From the human T2T-CHM13v2.0 reference genome, Homo sapiens: 64,000 nucleotides of DNA. The DNA is taken from the NCBI RefSeq assembly GCF_009914755.1, contig NC_060945.1. The stretch is one strand, 5' to 3'. A program made the translations under genes and the position numbers. The notes under the pieces are model-generated. The model was given only the letters and a program-made list of their open reading frames with translations. It was not told the DNA's origin and made no database searches. Shown one piece after another: positions 46,950-61,682 of this stretch; within the stretch, counting starts at the first letter, position 1, and each line of letters opens with the position of its first letter.

Positions 46950-49509
46950 CCACTCTTTGAGTTGTCCATTTACTCTGCTGACAGTTCCCTTTGCCATGAA
47001 AAAGCTGTTTAGTTTAATTAAGTCCCAGCTATTTATCTTTGTTTTTATTGCATTTGCATTTGGGTTCTTGGTCATGAAATCCTTGCGTATGTCAATGTCT
47101 AGAAGGGTTTATCCAGTGTTATCTTCTAGAATTTTTATAGTTCAGGAATTAGATTTAAGTTCTTAATCCATCTTGAGTAGATTTTTGTATAAGATGAGAG
47201 ATGAGAATCCATTTTTATTCCCCTACATGTGGCTCGCCAATTATCCCAACAGCATGTGTTGAAAAGGGGGTCCTTTCCCCACTTTATGTTTTTGTTTGCT
47301 TTGTCGAAGATCAGTTGGCTGTAAGTATTTGGGTTAATTTCTGGGTTCTCTCTTCTGTTCCATTGGTCTATGTTCCTATTTTTAAACCAGTACGTTGGTG
47401 TTTTGGTAACTATGGCCTTATTGTACAGTTTGAAATCAAGTAGTGTGATACCTCCAGGTTCTTTTTGCTTAGGCTTGGTTTGGTTACATGGCTCTTTTTT
47501 GGTTCCATATTAATTTTAGAATTGTTTTTGTAATTCTGTGAAGAATGATGGTGGCATTCAGATGGGGATTGCATTGAATTTGTAGATTGCCTTTAACAGA
47601 ATGGTAATTTTCACAATATTGGTTCTACCCATCCATGAGCATGGGGATGCGTTTCCATTTGTGTGTGTCATCTATGATTTCTTTTCTTTCGTTTTTTTTT
47701 TTTTTTTTTTTTTTTTCAGAGGGAGTTTCGCTCTTGTCGCTGAGGTGGGAGTGCAATGGTGTGATCTCGGCTCACTACAACTTCTGCCTCCCGGGTTGAA
47801 GCGATTCTCCTGCCTCAGCTTCCCGAGTAGCTCGGATTATAGGCATGTGCCACCGTGCTTGGCTCCATCTATGATTTCTTTCAGTAGTGTTTTGTAATTT
47901 TCATTCTAGCTGTCCTTTGATTTCTTTGCTAGGTATATTCCTAAGTTTTGTTTTTTTGTTGTTGTTGTTTGTCGCAGCTATTGTAAAAGGGGTTGAGTTC
48001 TTGATGTGATTCTCTGCTTGGTAGCTGTTGATGTATGGAAGAGCTACTGATTTGTGTCCATTAATCTTGTATCTGGAAACTTTGCTGAATTCTTTTATCA
48101 GTTCTAGGAGGTTTCTAGAGGAGTCCGTAGGGTTTTCTAGGCAAAAGATTATATCATCAGCAACAAGTGACAGTTTGACTTCCTCTTTACCGATTTGGAT
48201 TTCCTCTATTTCCTTCTTTTGTCTGATTGCTCTGGCTAGGACTTCCAGTACTATGTTGAAGAGGAGTGGTGAGAGTAGGCTCCTCATCTTGTTCCAGTTC
48301 TCAAAGGGAATGCTTTCACCGTTTCCCCATTCAGTATTATGTTGGCTGTGGGTTTTTCATAGATGGCTTTTATTACATTAAGGTATGTCGCTTGTATGCC
48401 TATTTTGCTGAGAGCTTTAATCATAAAGCAATGCTAGATTTTGTCAAATGTTTTTTTCTGCGCCTGTTGATATAATTATATTAGATTTTTTTTAATTCTG
48501 TTTATTTGGTGTATCACACTTATTGACTTGCATATGTGAAACCACTCCTATATCATTGGTATAAAACCCACTTGATCATGCTGGATTATTTTTTGATATG
48601 TTGTCGGATTCAGTTAGATAGTATTTTGTTAAGGATTTTGGCATCTGCATTCATCAAGGATATTGGTCTGTAGTTTTCTTTTTTGGTTATGTCCTTCCAT
48701 GGTTTTGGTATTAGAGTGATGCTGGCTTCATAGAATGAATAAGGGAGGGTTTCTTCTTTCTCTGTTTTGTGGAATAGTATGAAAAGATTGGTATCATTTC
48801 TTCCTTGAATGAAAGAAGACATTCTTTGAATGTCTGGTAGAATTCTGCTGTGAATCTGTCTGGCCCTCAGCTTTTTTTGCTGGTAATTTTAAAATTACCA
48901 TTTCAATCTTACTGCTTGCTTTATTGGTCTGCTTGGGGTATCTAATTCTTCCTGATTTAAGCTAGGAGAGTTGTATTTTTCCAGGAATTTATCCAACTCT
49001 TCTAGGTTTTGTAGTTTATGTGCCAAAAGGTGTTCATAGTACCCTTGAATAATCTTTAATATTTCAGTGGTGTCAGTTGTAATATCCCGTTTCATTTCTT
49101 AGTGAGGTTATTTGGATTTTCTCTCTTCTTTTCTTGGTTAATCTTGCTAATGGTCTATCAATTTTATTTATCTTTTCAAATAAGCAACTTTTTGTTTTAT
49201 TTATGTTTTGTATTTGTTGTTGTTGTTGTTGTCGTTGTGTCAATTTCATTTAGTTCTGCTCTGATCTTTGTTATTTCCTGTGTTTGCTGGGATTGGGTTT
49301 GGCTTGTTCCTGCTTCTCTAGTTCCCTGAGATGTGAACTTAGATTGTCTGTTTGTGCTCTTTCAGACTTTTTGATGTAGGTTTTTAGGACTACAAACTTT
49401 GCTCTTAGCAGTGCCTTTGCTGTATCCCAGAGGTCTTGATAGGTTGTGTCATCCAGTTCGAAGAAATTTTTTACATTTCCATCTTGATTTCATTTTTCAC
49501 CCAATGCTC
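46950..49509 (-). mobile_element. L1 (L1PB-like) ORF2 fragment, degenerate
   Basis: Minus-strand ORFs give L1 ORF2 peptides: [23 protein letters not shown]...[36 protein letters not shown]. Confidence 0.93.
47685..47865 (-). mobile_element. 5'-truncated Alu (right arm only) inserted in L1
   Basis: Poly(T) + Alu right monomer; 16-bp TSD CATCTATGATTTCTTT at 47669-47684 and 47866-47881. Confidence 0.92.
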
Positions 49510-49759
49510 ATTCTGTGAGGAACAACCAAATTGTTTTCCGCAGCAAGGGCATCATTTTCTATTCCTAGCAGCCAGATCATGAGGACTCCAACTTCTCCAC
49601 CTCCTTAGCAACATTTATTTTCTGTGTCATTGTTATGAAAGCCTTACTTGTGGATGCAGAGTGGCATGAATGAAGTCAATTAACACGTTTATTACCTCAC
49701 AGAATAGTCACCTTTTTGTGTGCATGGGTGGGATAAGAAAACTTAACTCTATCCCCTGT

Positions 49760-50860
49760 GACGGAATAGTGGCCATTCCAGCTGCTCCAGGCTCCAGCAG
49801 AGGAAGACCGGGGTATGTGGCCCCACCAGGGTGACCCTCAGGCCTGGCGCGCACGCATTCCAGAGGCCACCCAAACCATGCTCCGCCATCTGGGCGCCCA
49901 AGCTGCCGTCGCCCTCTGTGTGCAGGCAGCAGCTGCCTGGCAACCCCTGAGCCCGCTCGCGCTCCTAGCATCACAGAAGCAGGGCCACGTGTCCCAGTGG
50001 CTGCAGCCAAGCCAGGCATTCTGCCCTGCGGCAGCAGCTGCACAGGAGCGAGAACTGAGAACCCACCGCTCAACCCCACACGAGGTGACTGCCGAGTGCC
50101 CATACAAACGGCTCCGATCTCCCTCAGGTGGAGGAGTGGGCGGGAGGCACGGCCTGGGGGCCCTCAGGCTGGGCGCGCTGGCGATCCCAAGGCCGACCAG
50201 GCCATGCACCTCCAGCCTGCCTGGGCACCCGAGCTGCAGCCGCCTTCTGCGTGCAGGCAGCAGCCTCCAGGCAACTCCCGAGCCCGCCCACACTCCCCAC
50301 ATCTCGGAAGCAGGGCCAAATGTCCCTGTGGCTGTGGCCAAGCCAGGCGGTCTCTCCTGCAGCAGCTGCACAGGGGCGGGAACCGGCCCTCAGCCCCATT
50401 CCCGGTGGCTGTAGAGGGCCCCTGGATAGAGATCTGGAGCTCTGACAGAGGAGGAGCCGGGCCGGGGCAGGGTCTGGCAGGCTCTCAGGCCAGGGGCACC
50501 TGTGATCCAGAGGCGGCCCAGGGCATGCTCCACCACCTGGGCACCCAGCTACAGGCGCCGGGCGACTCCCAAGCTGGCTGCCACGCCCAGCCTCGCAGAA
50601 CCGAGGCTAGATGTCGCCGTGGCTGCGACCAAGCCAGGCGGTCTTCCCAGGGGTGGCTGCACCGGGGCAGGAACCGACCCTCAGCCCCATCCCCGGTGGC
50701 TGCAGACGGACCCTGGGGCGGCCCCGATCTCTCTTCGGAGGAGGAGAGGGGCGGGAGTCACGGCCAGGCGGGCCCTCAGGCGGGAAGGAATGCGCGCCTG
50801 CGATTCCGGGACGTCCCGCGCCAGCCCAGGAAAACCCGCAAGCCAGCGGCGCCTGTTTCT
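49760..50860. repeat. GC/CpG-rich block of ~3.5 diverged ~290-325-bp tandem units
   Basis: CTCAGGC anchors near 49838, 50163, 50484, 50775; recurring GGCTG..GCCAAGCCAGGC...GCTGCAC.GG. Confidence 0.7.
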
Positions 50861-50867
50861 CTGTGTG

Positions 50868-53275
50868 ATTCTTTGAGGAACCACCAAACTGTTTTCCACA
50901 GCAAGTGCATCATTTTCTATTCCTAGCAGCCAGTTCATGAGGGCTCCAGTTTCTCCACTTCCTTAGCAACATTGATTTTCTGTGTCGTTGTTATGAAAGC
51001 CTTACTAGTGGATGCAAAGTGGCATCTCATTTGGGTTTTGCCTTGCATTTTATTAATGAATAATGGTGTTTAGCATCTTTTCTTTTCCTTCTTAGACATT
51101 TGTGTATCTTCTTTGGAGAAACGTCTGTTCAAGTCCTTTGCCTATTTTTTAATTGGGATCTTAGAAATTCTGTTGTTGAGTTGTGGGATATTAAGCTTTT
51201 ATCAGATACACATTTTGATTTTATCAGATACATATTTTCTCACATATTATGGGTTGTCTTTTCACTCCCTTGATAGTATCCTTTGATGCATAAAGGGTTT
51301 TTTATTTTGATTAAATCTAATTTTCGTGTATTTTCTTTTGTTATCTGTGCTTTTCTGTCATATTTCAAAATACACTTAAAACTCAAAGGTCATAAAGGTT
51401 TACCGTGTGTTTTCTTCTAAGAGTTACATATTTTTAGTCCTTACATTTAAGTCTTTTATTAATTTAGAATTAATTTTTGTATATACTGCAATGTAGGGGT
51501 CTAACTTCTCTCTTGTGCACTGATATCCAGCTGTTGAAGAAACTGTTCTTTCCTCCCTTGACTAGACTTGGCCACCTTGTTGAACAGTCATTGACCATAT
51601 ATGTGAGGACTAACTTGTAGGATCTCAAATCTGTTCTGTTGTATTGGTCTGAAAGTCTATTGGTCTTATTCCAGTACCACACTCTCTTGATTACTGTAGA
51701 TTTGTAGTAGGCTGTGAAACTGAAAAATGTGAGTTTTCCAATGTTCTTTTTCAAGACTGTTTTGTCTGTCAGATCCTTTGAATTTTTGTATGATTTTAGA
51801 ATGAGTTTCTTTGTTTCTGCAAAAATGCCTTTGGGATTTTGATGGTATTGCATTGAATCTGTAGATTACTTTAGATGGTATTGTCATCTTAACAATATTG
51901 TCTTACAACCCGTGAACACAGAATGTCTTTCCACTTATTTCCACTCTCTTTAGTTTTTTGCAGCAATGTTTTGTGTATACCACCATGGTTAGATTTATGC
52001 CTGAATAACGTATTCTTTGGTGTCATTATAAATGGAATTTTTAAAATGTTTTCATAGTTCTTTACAACTATATAGAAATATAGCTCATTTGCCTATGTTT
52101 GTTTGCATCCTGCCTCTTTTATTAGTTATAATCGGTTTTGTGTTTTGTTTGGAGCTTTATACCCATAAGATCATGTGTAGATATAATTTTACACCTATTC
52201 TTTATTTCTAATTTAGATGCCTTTTATTTCTTTGTCTTGCCTAATTGCTCTGGCTAGAACTGCCAGTGCTACGTTGAATACAAGTGGCAAATGCACCATC
52301 CTTTTCTTCTAGATGTTAGGAAAACAGCTTTCAGTGTTTCATCATTGATCATGATATTAACTGTTGGGTTTTTGTACATCCCATTGTCATGTTGCAGAAG
52401 ATCCCTTCTATGCCTAGTTTATTGAGTATTTTTATTATAGAAGGGTGTTATATTTCATCAATGTTTTCTCTGCATCAATTGAAATAGTCACGTGCTTATT
52501 CATTTTACTGTTACAGCATATTACACTGATTGATTTTTTATATGTTGAACCACCCTTGCATTTTGTGGATAAATCTCAAAGGGTGATAGTTTACAATCCT
52601 TTGATTATACAGAATTGCTGCTAGTATTTTGCTAGTATTGCTAGTATTTTGCTGAGATTTTTGCTTATATATTCATAAGGGATATAGTGCTGTATTTCTC
52701 TCTTTTGTGCTCTCTTTGTCTTTGGTATAAGGATAATGCTGTTATCAAAAAATGAATTAGCAAGTATTCCTTCTTCATATATTTTGTCAGAAGAGTTTGA
52801 GAATAAATGGTATTAATTCTTCTTTAAATGTTAGGTTGACTCACCAGTTAATGCAGCTATTTGGTCATAAATGTTTCTTTGTTAATCGCTTTCGATTACT
52901 AATTCAATCTCCTAGGTTATAGGTCTATTCAGATTTTCTCTTTCTTCTTGAGCCACTTTGGTAGTTTGTGTCTTTCTAGCGATTCATCCATTTCATCCAG
53001 GGCACCTAATTTGTTGCTAGACAGTTGTTCACAGTATACTCCTGTAATCCTTTTGTATTTCTGTAAAGTTGGTAGTAATGGCTCTGCTTTCATTTATTAT
53101 TTTAATAATTAGTCTTCCATCTTTTGCTCAGTCAATATAGTGAAAGGCTTGATCTTTCAAAGAATCTACATTTTTTCATTCTACTGCTCTCCAACCTTCT
53201 ATTTTATTGATTTATGCTCTAATTATGCTCTTTATTATTTCTTTCCTTCTGCTAGCTTTGGATTTAGTCTTCCAC
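50868..53275 (-). mobile_element. Ancient L1M ORF2 fragments
   Basis: T-rich antisense L1 text; minus-strand ORFs give IYRFNAIP and YYKSTVIKRVWYW. Confidence 0.85.
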
Positions 53276-53472
53276 CTGGATTTATTTTGGGAGTGATATT
53301 GATGTAACTTCATGGAAATAATACTAGATAGAAAGTTAGTGGATAGATTCTCTATCTGATGAGAGTTTGGGGCAAGTCGAGTACCAGGTTACCAAGTTTT
53401 ATTTTTTTCTCTGACCCAAAAAACAATTTGGCAGCCGGTGAGAAACTCTCACAGCTCTGGATGTGAGTTTAG

Positions 53473-53676
<204 letters not shown>

Positions 53677-53814
53677 TGATATAATTGGGTAGAACTGGGT
53701 GGTAGATAAGGTTGATTTGTTTTTGTAGAACTTATAATTTTATGATTTGTAGTTCTAATGAGTAGATCTTTTTCTGGAATAGTAGTTATGGTCAAACACT
53801 TCTAACCAAATGTG

Positions 53815-53917
53815 CCATGTTGTCCAGTCTGGTCTCAAAATATGGGGCTCAAGAGACCTGCCCACCTTGGCCTCCCAAAATACTGGGATTACAGGGGTAA
53901 GCCCCTGAATCTGGCCA
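53815..53917 (-). mobile_element. Alu left-arm fragment
   Basis: CCATGTTGTCCAG.CTGGTCTC...CCTTGGCCTCCCAAAATACTGGGATTACAGG. Confidence 0.8.
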
Positions 53918-54431
53918 TATATTTTTCTTTTTATGGCTGAATAATACTCTGTGTATGTATATATTACATTTTCTTTATCTATTCACCTACTGATGGGCAT
54001 TAGGTTTGAGCTACCTTTTGGCCGCTGTGAATAATGCTGCTGTTAATCGGGTGTACAAATACCTGTTTGAGTCCCTGCTCTCAGTTCTTTTGGGTATATA
54101 CGCTTAAAGGGTGTTGATGGATCATATAATTCATATTTTTGATTTTTCATATTTTTAAGGAGCTGCTAAACCATTTTCCACAGTGGGCTGTACCATTTTA
54201 CATTCCAAAAAGCAATGCATACAGCTTCCAATTTCTCTATAGCATTGCTGACAGTTAATATTTTCTGTTTATGTATTGTATTTTTATAGTGTATGAAATT
54301 AATCTGAGGCTTTTTGCTGATACCAAAATATTAGGAAAGGTTTTCCAAAAATAATACTGCTTATTATAAAGGATTTTACGTGTTACTTGATGCCCTGTGA
54401 TCTGTTTTCTAAGTAAGAAGAGGAACTTCTT

Positions 54432-54737
54432 GGCTGGGCACAGCGGCTCATGCCTGTAATCCTAGCACTTTTGGAGGCCGAGGTGGGTAGTTCACCTAAG
54501 GTCAGGAGTTCAAGACCAGCCTGGCCAACATAGTGAAACCCAGTCTCCACTAAAAAAAAAAAAAAAAAAAATTAGCTAGGTGTGGTGGGGGGTGCCTCTA
54601 ACCCCAGGTATTTGGAAGGCTGAGGAAGAGAATTGATTAAACCCATAAGGCAGAGGTTACAGTAACCGAGATTGCACCACTGCAGCCCAGCCTGTGTGAC
54701 AGAGCGAGAGTCCATCTCAAAAAAATAAAAGGAAAGA
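54432..54737 (+). mobile_element. Full-length Alu (AluS-like)
   Basis: Dimeric Alu; TSD AAGAAGAGGAACTTCT on both sides. Confidence 0.93.
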
Positions 54738-54870
54738 AAGAAGAGGAACTTCTCTCCATCCAGCCTCATTCCACTGCACCAACTCTTCTGTGTCGGGTTG
54801 TGCAGGGGAGAAAGGGAGCTTGGCAACTCTTTGCTGTGTTGAGTTGTGGTAGCCCATCACTGGGTTGTAA

Positions 54871-55258
<388 letters not shown>

Positions 55259-55478
55259 TGATCTAACTTATGGAAATAACACTAGATAGTTAGCGGATGG
55301 ATTCTGTATCTGATGAGAGTTTTGGACAAAATGAATTCCTAGTTTCTGAGTCTTATTTTTCTCCTGATTCAAGAAAACTGTGAATTATCCAGCCAGTAAA
55401 AAACTCTCACAGCTCTGGATGTGAGTTTAGGACACTGGATTTCTACCACTCATTTTCTTACTACTTTTCTTGTGCAAG

Positions 55479-55596
55479 GATCATGGCACAAGTTGCAGTT
55501 TCCACCCTGCCCATTGAAGATGAGGAGTCTGTTGAAGATGAGGAGTCCTTGGAGAGCAGGATGGTGGTGACATTCCTGTCAGCTCTCGACTCCATG
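55479..55596 (+). pseudogene. GTF2IP: GTF2I/GTF2IRD2 first coding exon paralogue, copy B
   Basis: ATG 55483 reads [38 protein letters not shown]; weakened donor GTCAGA; flanks align with copy A at ~1958 bp offset. Confidence 0.88.
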
Positions 55597-55729
55597 GTCA
55601 GACCTTCTGTTCTCACATTCTGTATTTCGGTAGGACTGGGCGGTAGATAAGGTTGATTTGTTTTTGTAGAACTTACAATTTTGTGATTTTTAGTTCTAAT
55701 GAGAAGACCTTTTTCGTGAATAGTAGTTA

Positions 55730-56020
55730 CGGTCAAACACCTCTGACCAAATGTGCATGTGGAGTTTCTACACTGATTTTCAGACAATCTGGATCCCAAC
55801 TGGGTATCCCACAATTCTATCCTGACACTCCCTGGAGTTAGTGCAGACCCCGCAGGAGGGGCGCTCAGTCCCAGGCGTCTACTCTCACTCCACATGCCAA
55901 TTGCAAGTCTTGGGTTGTTACATGTAGTTTTGACCAACCAGTTAGAAAACAAGGTTTAATGACCCTCATTGGTGGGTGGAATCATTTGCTCGGACAGCTT
56001 GCAGAACTCAGAAAAACAGA
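55730..56020. mobile_element. MER21-like LTR fragment
   Basis: CTGACACTCCCTGGAGTTAGTGCAGACCCC...GCTCAGTCCCA...ATTTGCTCGGACAGCTTGCAGAACTCAG. Confidence 0.55.
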
Positions 56021-56028
56021 TTGTTTCC

Positions 56029-56777
<749 letters not shown>

Positions 56778-56850
56778 ATTTTTAAAATAATAACGTTATT
56801 GAAATATGGTTAACGTATCATGCAATTCATTTATCAAAGTACGCAATTCA

Positions 56851-57153
56851 GGCCAGGTGCAGTGGCTAATTCCTATAACGCTAAGACTTTGGGCAGCTGA
56901 GGCAGGTGGATCGCTTTTGTGCAGGAGTTTGCGACTAGCCTGGGCAACATGGCAAAACAGCATCTCTAGCAAAAATACAAAAATTAGCTGGGTGTGGTGG
57001 CTCATGCCTGTAGTCCCAACTACTTGGGGACATGAGACTGGAAGATCACTTGAGCCCAGAAGCCATAGGTCGCAGAGCGACCAGATGGCACCACTGCACT
57101 ACAGCATGGGTGACAAAAGGAGACCCTGTCTTTAAATAACTAAAGAAAAAAAG
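56851..57153 (+). mobile_element. Alu (AluJ-like)
   Basis: GGCCAGGTGCAGTGGCT...GCCTGGGCAACATGGCAAAAC...CACTTGAGCCCAG. Confidence 0.88.
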
Positions 57154-57590
57154 AAAGTATACAATTGAGTGGTTTTTAGAATATTCAAGGAGCTGTGCAG
57201 TATACGTACAGATGGATAATTGTATAAATAAGTACAGATGTGTATAAATGTGTGAGTATACATACATATATTTTCTAGCTCCTCTAACAAAAGGGCCTAG
57301 AAACAACATCATCCCAGTAACAATGAGAACACCATTCTCCAATTAAAGGAACCAAGGCTCCTTGGGGACATATTTGATATCAGGATTGGCCAGGGAAAAT
57401 ACAACATTAGTTTGAAATATTTTGTCATGTTAGGAAGTAAGGAAATGCTCACAAAATGGGGAAAATGTGAAAGGGAAACAGATCCATTTTGAATAAACTT
57501 CCATAGCCAAATTTGAGAAAATTGGGGCAATAAAATAGATAACAATAGTAATATATTACAATCTACAGAAGAAAATTTTCAATTAATCCA

Positions 57591-57880
57591 GGCCAGGTGC
57601 GGTTGCTGATGCCTGTATTCCCAGAACTTTGGAAGGCAGAGGCGGGCAGGTCACTTGAGGTCAGGAGTTCGAGACCAGCCTGACCAATGTGGTGAATCCC
57701 TGCCTCTACTAAAAATACAAAAATTAGCCGGGCATGGTGGCACATGCCTGTAGTCCCAGCTACTCTGGAGGCTGAGGCAGGAGAATGGCTTGAATCCCGG
57801 AAGGTGGAAGTGCAGTGAGTGGAAATCGCACCATTGCACAACAGCCTGGATGACAAAACAAGACTCCAACTAAAAAAAAA
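57591..57880 (+). mobile_element. Alu (AluS-like)
   Basis: GGCCAGGTGCGG...GAGGTCAGGAGTTCGAGACCAGCCTGACCAA...A tail. Confidence 0.92.
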
Positions 57881-59150
57881 TCCATATTGACATAAATAAT
57901 AAACCAAAGATTGAGAATGGGTAGTATTTATTACAGTAAAATTTCATTAAATGTAGGAGACATAAAATATAAGAATCATCACTTTGCAAATATCATAGTA
58001 ATAATTGTTGTAAGAAAGAACCTTGGAGGGATGCTAAGATTAGTGGTGAATATATGTTGGGAAAGAACATATTTGCATAATATGAAAGTATCTTCCCACA
58101 AGATAATTATAGAATAGTAACTTCAAAGTGGAGATGTCAACTTAGCCAAGTGATCAAAGTTAGCGTTACTAATAATAAGATAAATGAACTTCATGTAACT
58201 TCTTATATGATGCACTGAGTAGGACAAAACATCAATTCTATGGTATTCTTAGACAAAATGTATAACTTTAGTCCTAACCGTGAGAAAACATCAGACTAAC
58301 TGAAATTGAGGAGGGACATTCTACAAAATAACTGCCAGTATTCATCAAAAGCATTTTAGAAAGACTGAGGAATTCTCCAGAGACATGGAGGCATGTTATC
58401 TAAGTGCAATGGAGAACATGCATTGTATCATGAACCAGAGATGGACAACAGTAGGATATGTACAATAACACCCCAACATTTGAACATTAAACAAAATACT
58501 TCAGAAAAACCCATTGGCCAAGAAAAGTTTCACACACAAAAAAAAAATAGTTTAAACTGAAAGAAAATTTTTTAAAAACTTAATAAAATGTGGGATGCAG
58601 ATAAATCTTTTCTTAAAGGTACATTTATAGATGTAATATACTGAAAATAAAAGGCTTCAATCAATGACCTTTAGGTTCTTTTTTAAGAGGCTAAAAAATG
58701 AGCAAAGTATATCCAAATTAAGAAGAAGGAAGATGATAAAGATAAAAATGTAAACCAACAACATAGCAAATAACAAAAGGTGGAGCTAATTAATATACCC
58801 ACAAATTGGTTCTTTGAAAAAAAATTTTTTAATAAACAATGGCTAGCAAGATTTATCTCGAAAAAATTTAGAGAAGCTACATAATGTAGATAATGGGAAT
58901 TAAATAGAGGATGTAACTACAGAACCTACAGACATCAATATAATTATGAAAACTTTAGGCCAATACATTTGACAATTAAAATAACATGGGAAATTATTTG
59001 TAAAACTAATTCTTAAAACTGATGCAAAATGAAATAGAAAAAGTAATAGCTTCTCTATGTATTGAAGAATTTTTTTTAATTTAAAAAGATTTCTATACTT
59101 ACAGGCTACATGCTTTCTTAGGTGAATTCTATCAAACATTTAAGAAAGTA

Positions 59151-59496
59151 CAGAGAGTCCTCAACTTACAGTGGTTTGACTTGTGCTCTTCTGACTTGAT
59201 AATGGTGCTTTCATCTGTGTACATTAATGATGAGCATCAATATGACCAGTTTTTCACTATCAGTGTAGTTTTCAATAAATTTCATGAGATACTGAATATT
59301 TTAAAATGGGCCTTGTGGTAGATGATTTTGCCCAATTGTAGGATAATGTAAGTGTTCTGAGCAAGTTTAAGGTAGGCGAGGCTAAGTCATGATATTCAGT
59401 AGGTTAAATATATTAAATGCGTTTTAGACTTACAATATTTTCAATTTAGGATGAGTTCATTAAGACATAAGACAATTGTAAGTTGAGGAATATCTA
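59151..59496 (-). mobile_element. MER47/Tigger5-like DNA transposon
   Basis: Terminal inverted repeats TCCTCAACTTACA / TGTAAGTTGAGGA; internal GATGATTTTGCCCAA.TGTAGG.TAATGTAAGTGTTCTGAGCA; TA flanks. Confidence 0.75.
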
Positions 59497-59541
59497 TAAT
59501 ATCAATCTTGAACGGACTCTTTTTAAGAAATAGAATTTAAG

Positions 59542-59846
59542 GGCCGGGCACAGTGGCTCACACATGTAATCCCAGCACTTTGGGAGGCCAAGACGGGCAG
59601 ATCACCTGGGGTCAGGAGTTTGAGACCAACCTGACCAGCATGGAGAAACCCCCGTCTCTACTAAAAGTACATAATTAGCAGGGCGTGGTGGCGCTTACCT
59701 GTAATCCCAGCTCCTTGGGAGACAGAGGCAGGAGAATAGCTTGAATCTGGGAGGCAGAGATTGTGGAGAGCCTAAATTGTGCCATTGCACTCCAGCCTGG
59801 GCAACAAGAGTGAATCTCCGTCTCAAAAAAAAAAAAAAAAAAAAAA
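59542..59846 (+). mobile_element. Full-length Alu (AluSp/Sq-like)
   Basis: GGCCGGGCACAGTGGCTCAC...CATGGAGAAACCCC...poly(A). Confidence 0.93.
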
Positions 59847-61682
59847 GAAAGAAAATTTAAAGGGACATTTCCTATCTTATTTTATGAACCCAGTATTGCC
59901 GATTCCAAATCGAGACAAAGGCATTATACAACTTTGATGTTTATCCCTCATAAACATAGACTCAAAAGTCCTTAAAACATAATAACCAATTGAATGTAGC
60001 AGTACATAGAATGGATAATAAACTGTGAACAAATTAATTTTCTAGCAAGATTGCAAAGTTAATTTATTATTTGAAAGATCAGTTTAATCAATTTTATTCA
60101 CCTGGATGGTTACATCTGGCAAAACTCAGCAAACTGTGCACTTTAAAATAGTATTTATTTTATGTAAATTATGTTTCAATACAATGGATTTTAAAAAAAA
60201 AAACGTTTCCCAGAGTGATCAAAGTTGAGGGCAGGGAACAGTAAACATCAGTGCTTATGTTATAGCTACTAGAAGCCTCCCAATTCCAACGACATGCTTT
60301 CAAGCAGGTCTGATCCTTCCCCTGGAGGATACCTCTGACCCAGGTGTGCTACAAATGCATTGCCCCTAGTTGCTTCTGTCACCTTAGTGATGGAAGTGAC
60401 AACAGGGTACTGGAGAAAGAAAAGGTGTACAGGGTTCCAAATATACATTCTATTTCCAAAGGACATTTGTGAAGCCAGTGGAAAGCGAACAAACAAGCTG
60501 CTAAATAAGTCACAAGTGTGTTCTCATACAGTTTTGTGATTAACTAAATAGGACATTCAACAGATAAAATTTGTTTTACATAGTTACTCCTCTAATAGGA
60601 TGAACTTGTGGATTGTGAGATAGAGCTGATATAACCTGTTTTCTCTCTGCCTCTTTTTTTTCCCCCAAGTTTTGTGTGCAATACATTAGGAAAAATATAA
60701 TTGGGCTACAAAGCTACAAAAATGGCTTCCTGGCAGTTCCATGCTTGTTTCCATGTGGTGCCTATATTTGGCACTGTGTTCTCATTTGCACTTTCCTGCT
60801 TGATTAGTTAATGTATGAAGGACAAGCCTGATCTCTACTGTGAATTTTTACCAAGGTATTCTAGTAGAAAAATGAGTATGTAATGGTGCTGTGGCATGCT
60901 AAAGTGTGTAAAACATTAAGAATCTAAAAATATGCTGATTTCCAAGTTTTGTCCCAGAGCAACTGTGCACTCTGATTATATCGCTACTGCTATTTAAAGT
61001 TATCCATTTGCATGTCTAAAAAATAGATTCATACTGATTGTCCCATTTTGATCTCAAAAAACTCCGGAATATGAGAGTCGTGATCAAGGGACGCTTCATG
61101 AAATGTTCCAAAGTTAAAGTGTGCAATGAAACCAGATTTATCATAGCCTTATTTAAAATAATTATTTCTAAAATTGTTATTGTTTAATTATAAACGGTAT
61201 CCTTTCAGGATACTTGGAAGATCCATAGCAGTGCTTTTATTTTCACAGAACAAGCATAAATTATTTATGAAATAATAACTCAGATACAGAGATTACTTCC
61301 TATTGGCCTTACATATGAATATAAATAAATACATATTATGAACATGAGCATACTTATTTTATAATTATGTAAATGTGTGTGTAATGTTATATATAAGTTC
61401 AATAAAGTCATGCTTATACATGGTTTCAATTCATGCTTCTAAAAACCACTCAATGTAGTCATTATCATATGTTAATAAATAATCTCTGAAAATGTGCTTC
61501 TAGTAGTTTCACAATATCCCATCATAAAGATTGTCATGCTGTTTTTAAGTCATACTTTTGGGTATATAAGTTATATCTGATATTTTTCTGCTACATATAT
61601 ACTATTATAAATCTATTAGTAGCTGATTTTTTGTCAACACATATGATTGTTTCCTCACAATAGTACAAGAGTTGGTTGTAAC

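Larger units (their letters stand above)
58480..60100 (+). mobile_element. Ancient L1M ORF2 fragments interrupted by a DNA transposon and an Alu
   Basis: TTGGTTCTTTGAAAA, GGTGAATTCTATCAAACATTTAAGAAAG, TTATTTTATGAACCCAGTATT. Confidence 0.65.

Noticed and set aside
49708-50938. 199-309-aa ORFs in the GC-rich block
   Set aside because: Open on both strands because of GC content; no recognisable domain
49510-51025. SST1/NBL2 1.4-kb monomer
   Set aside because: Similar period, but single copy and no sequence I recognise as SST1; needs a Dfam search
60269-60408. Possible minus-strand terminal exon (TTTTCTTTCTCCAG acceptor, YPVVTSITK...LGGF*) in non-TE-looking DNA
   Set aside because: Peptide not recognised and no partner exons found; a blastn of 60200-61200 would settle it
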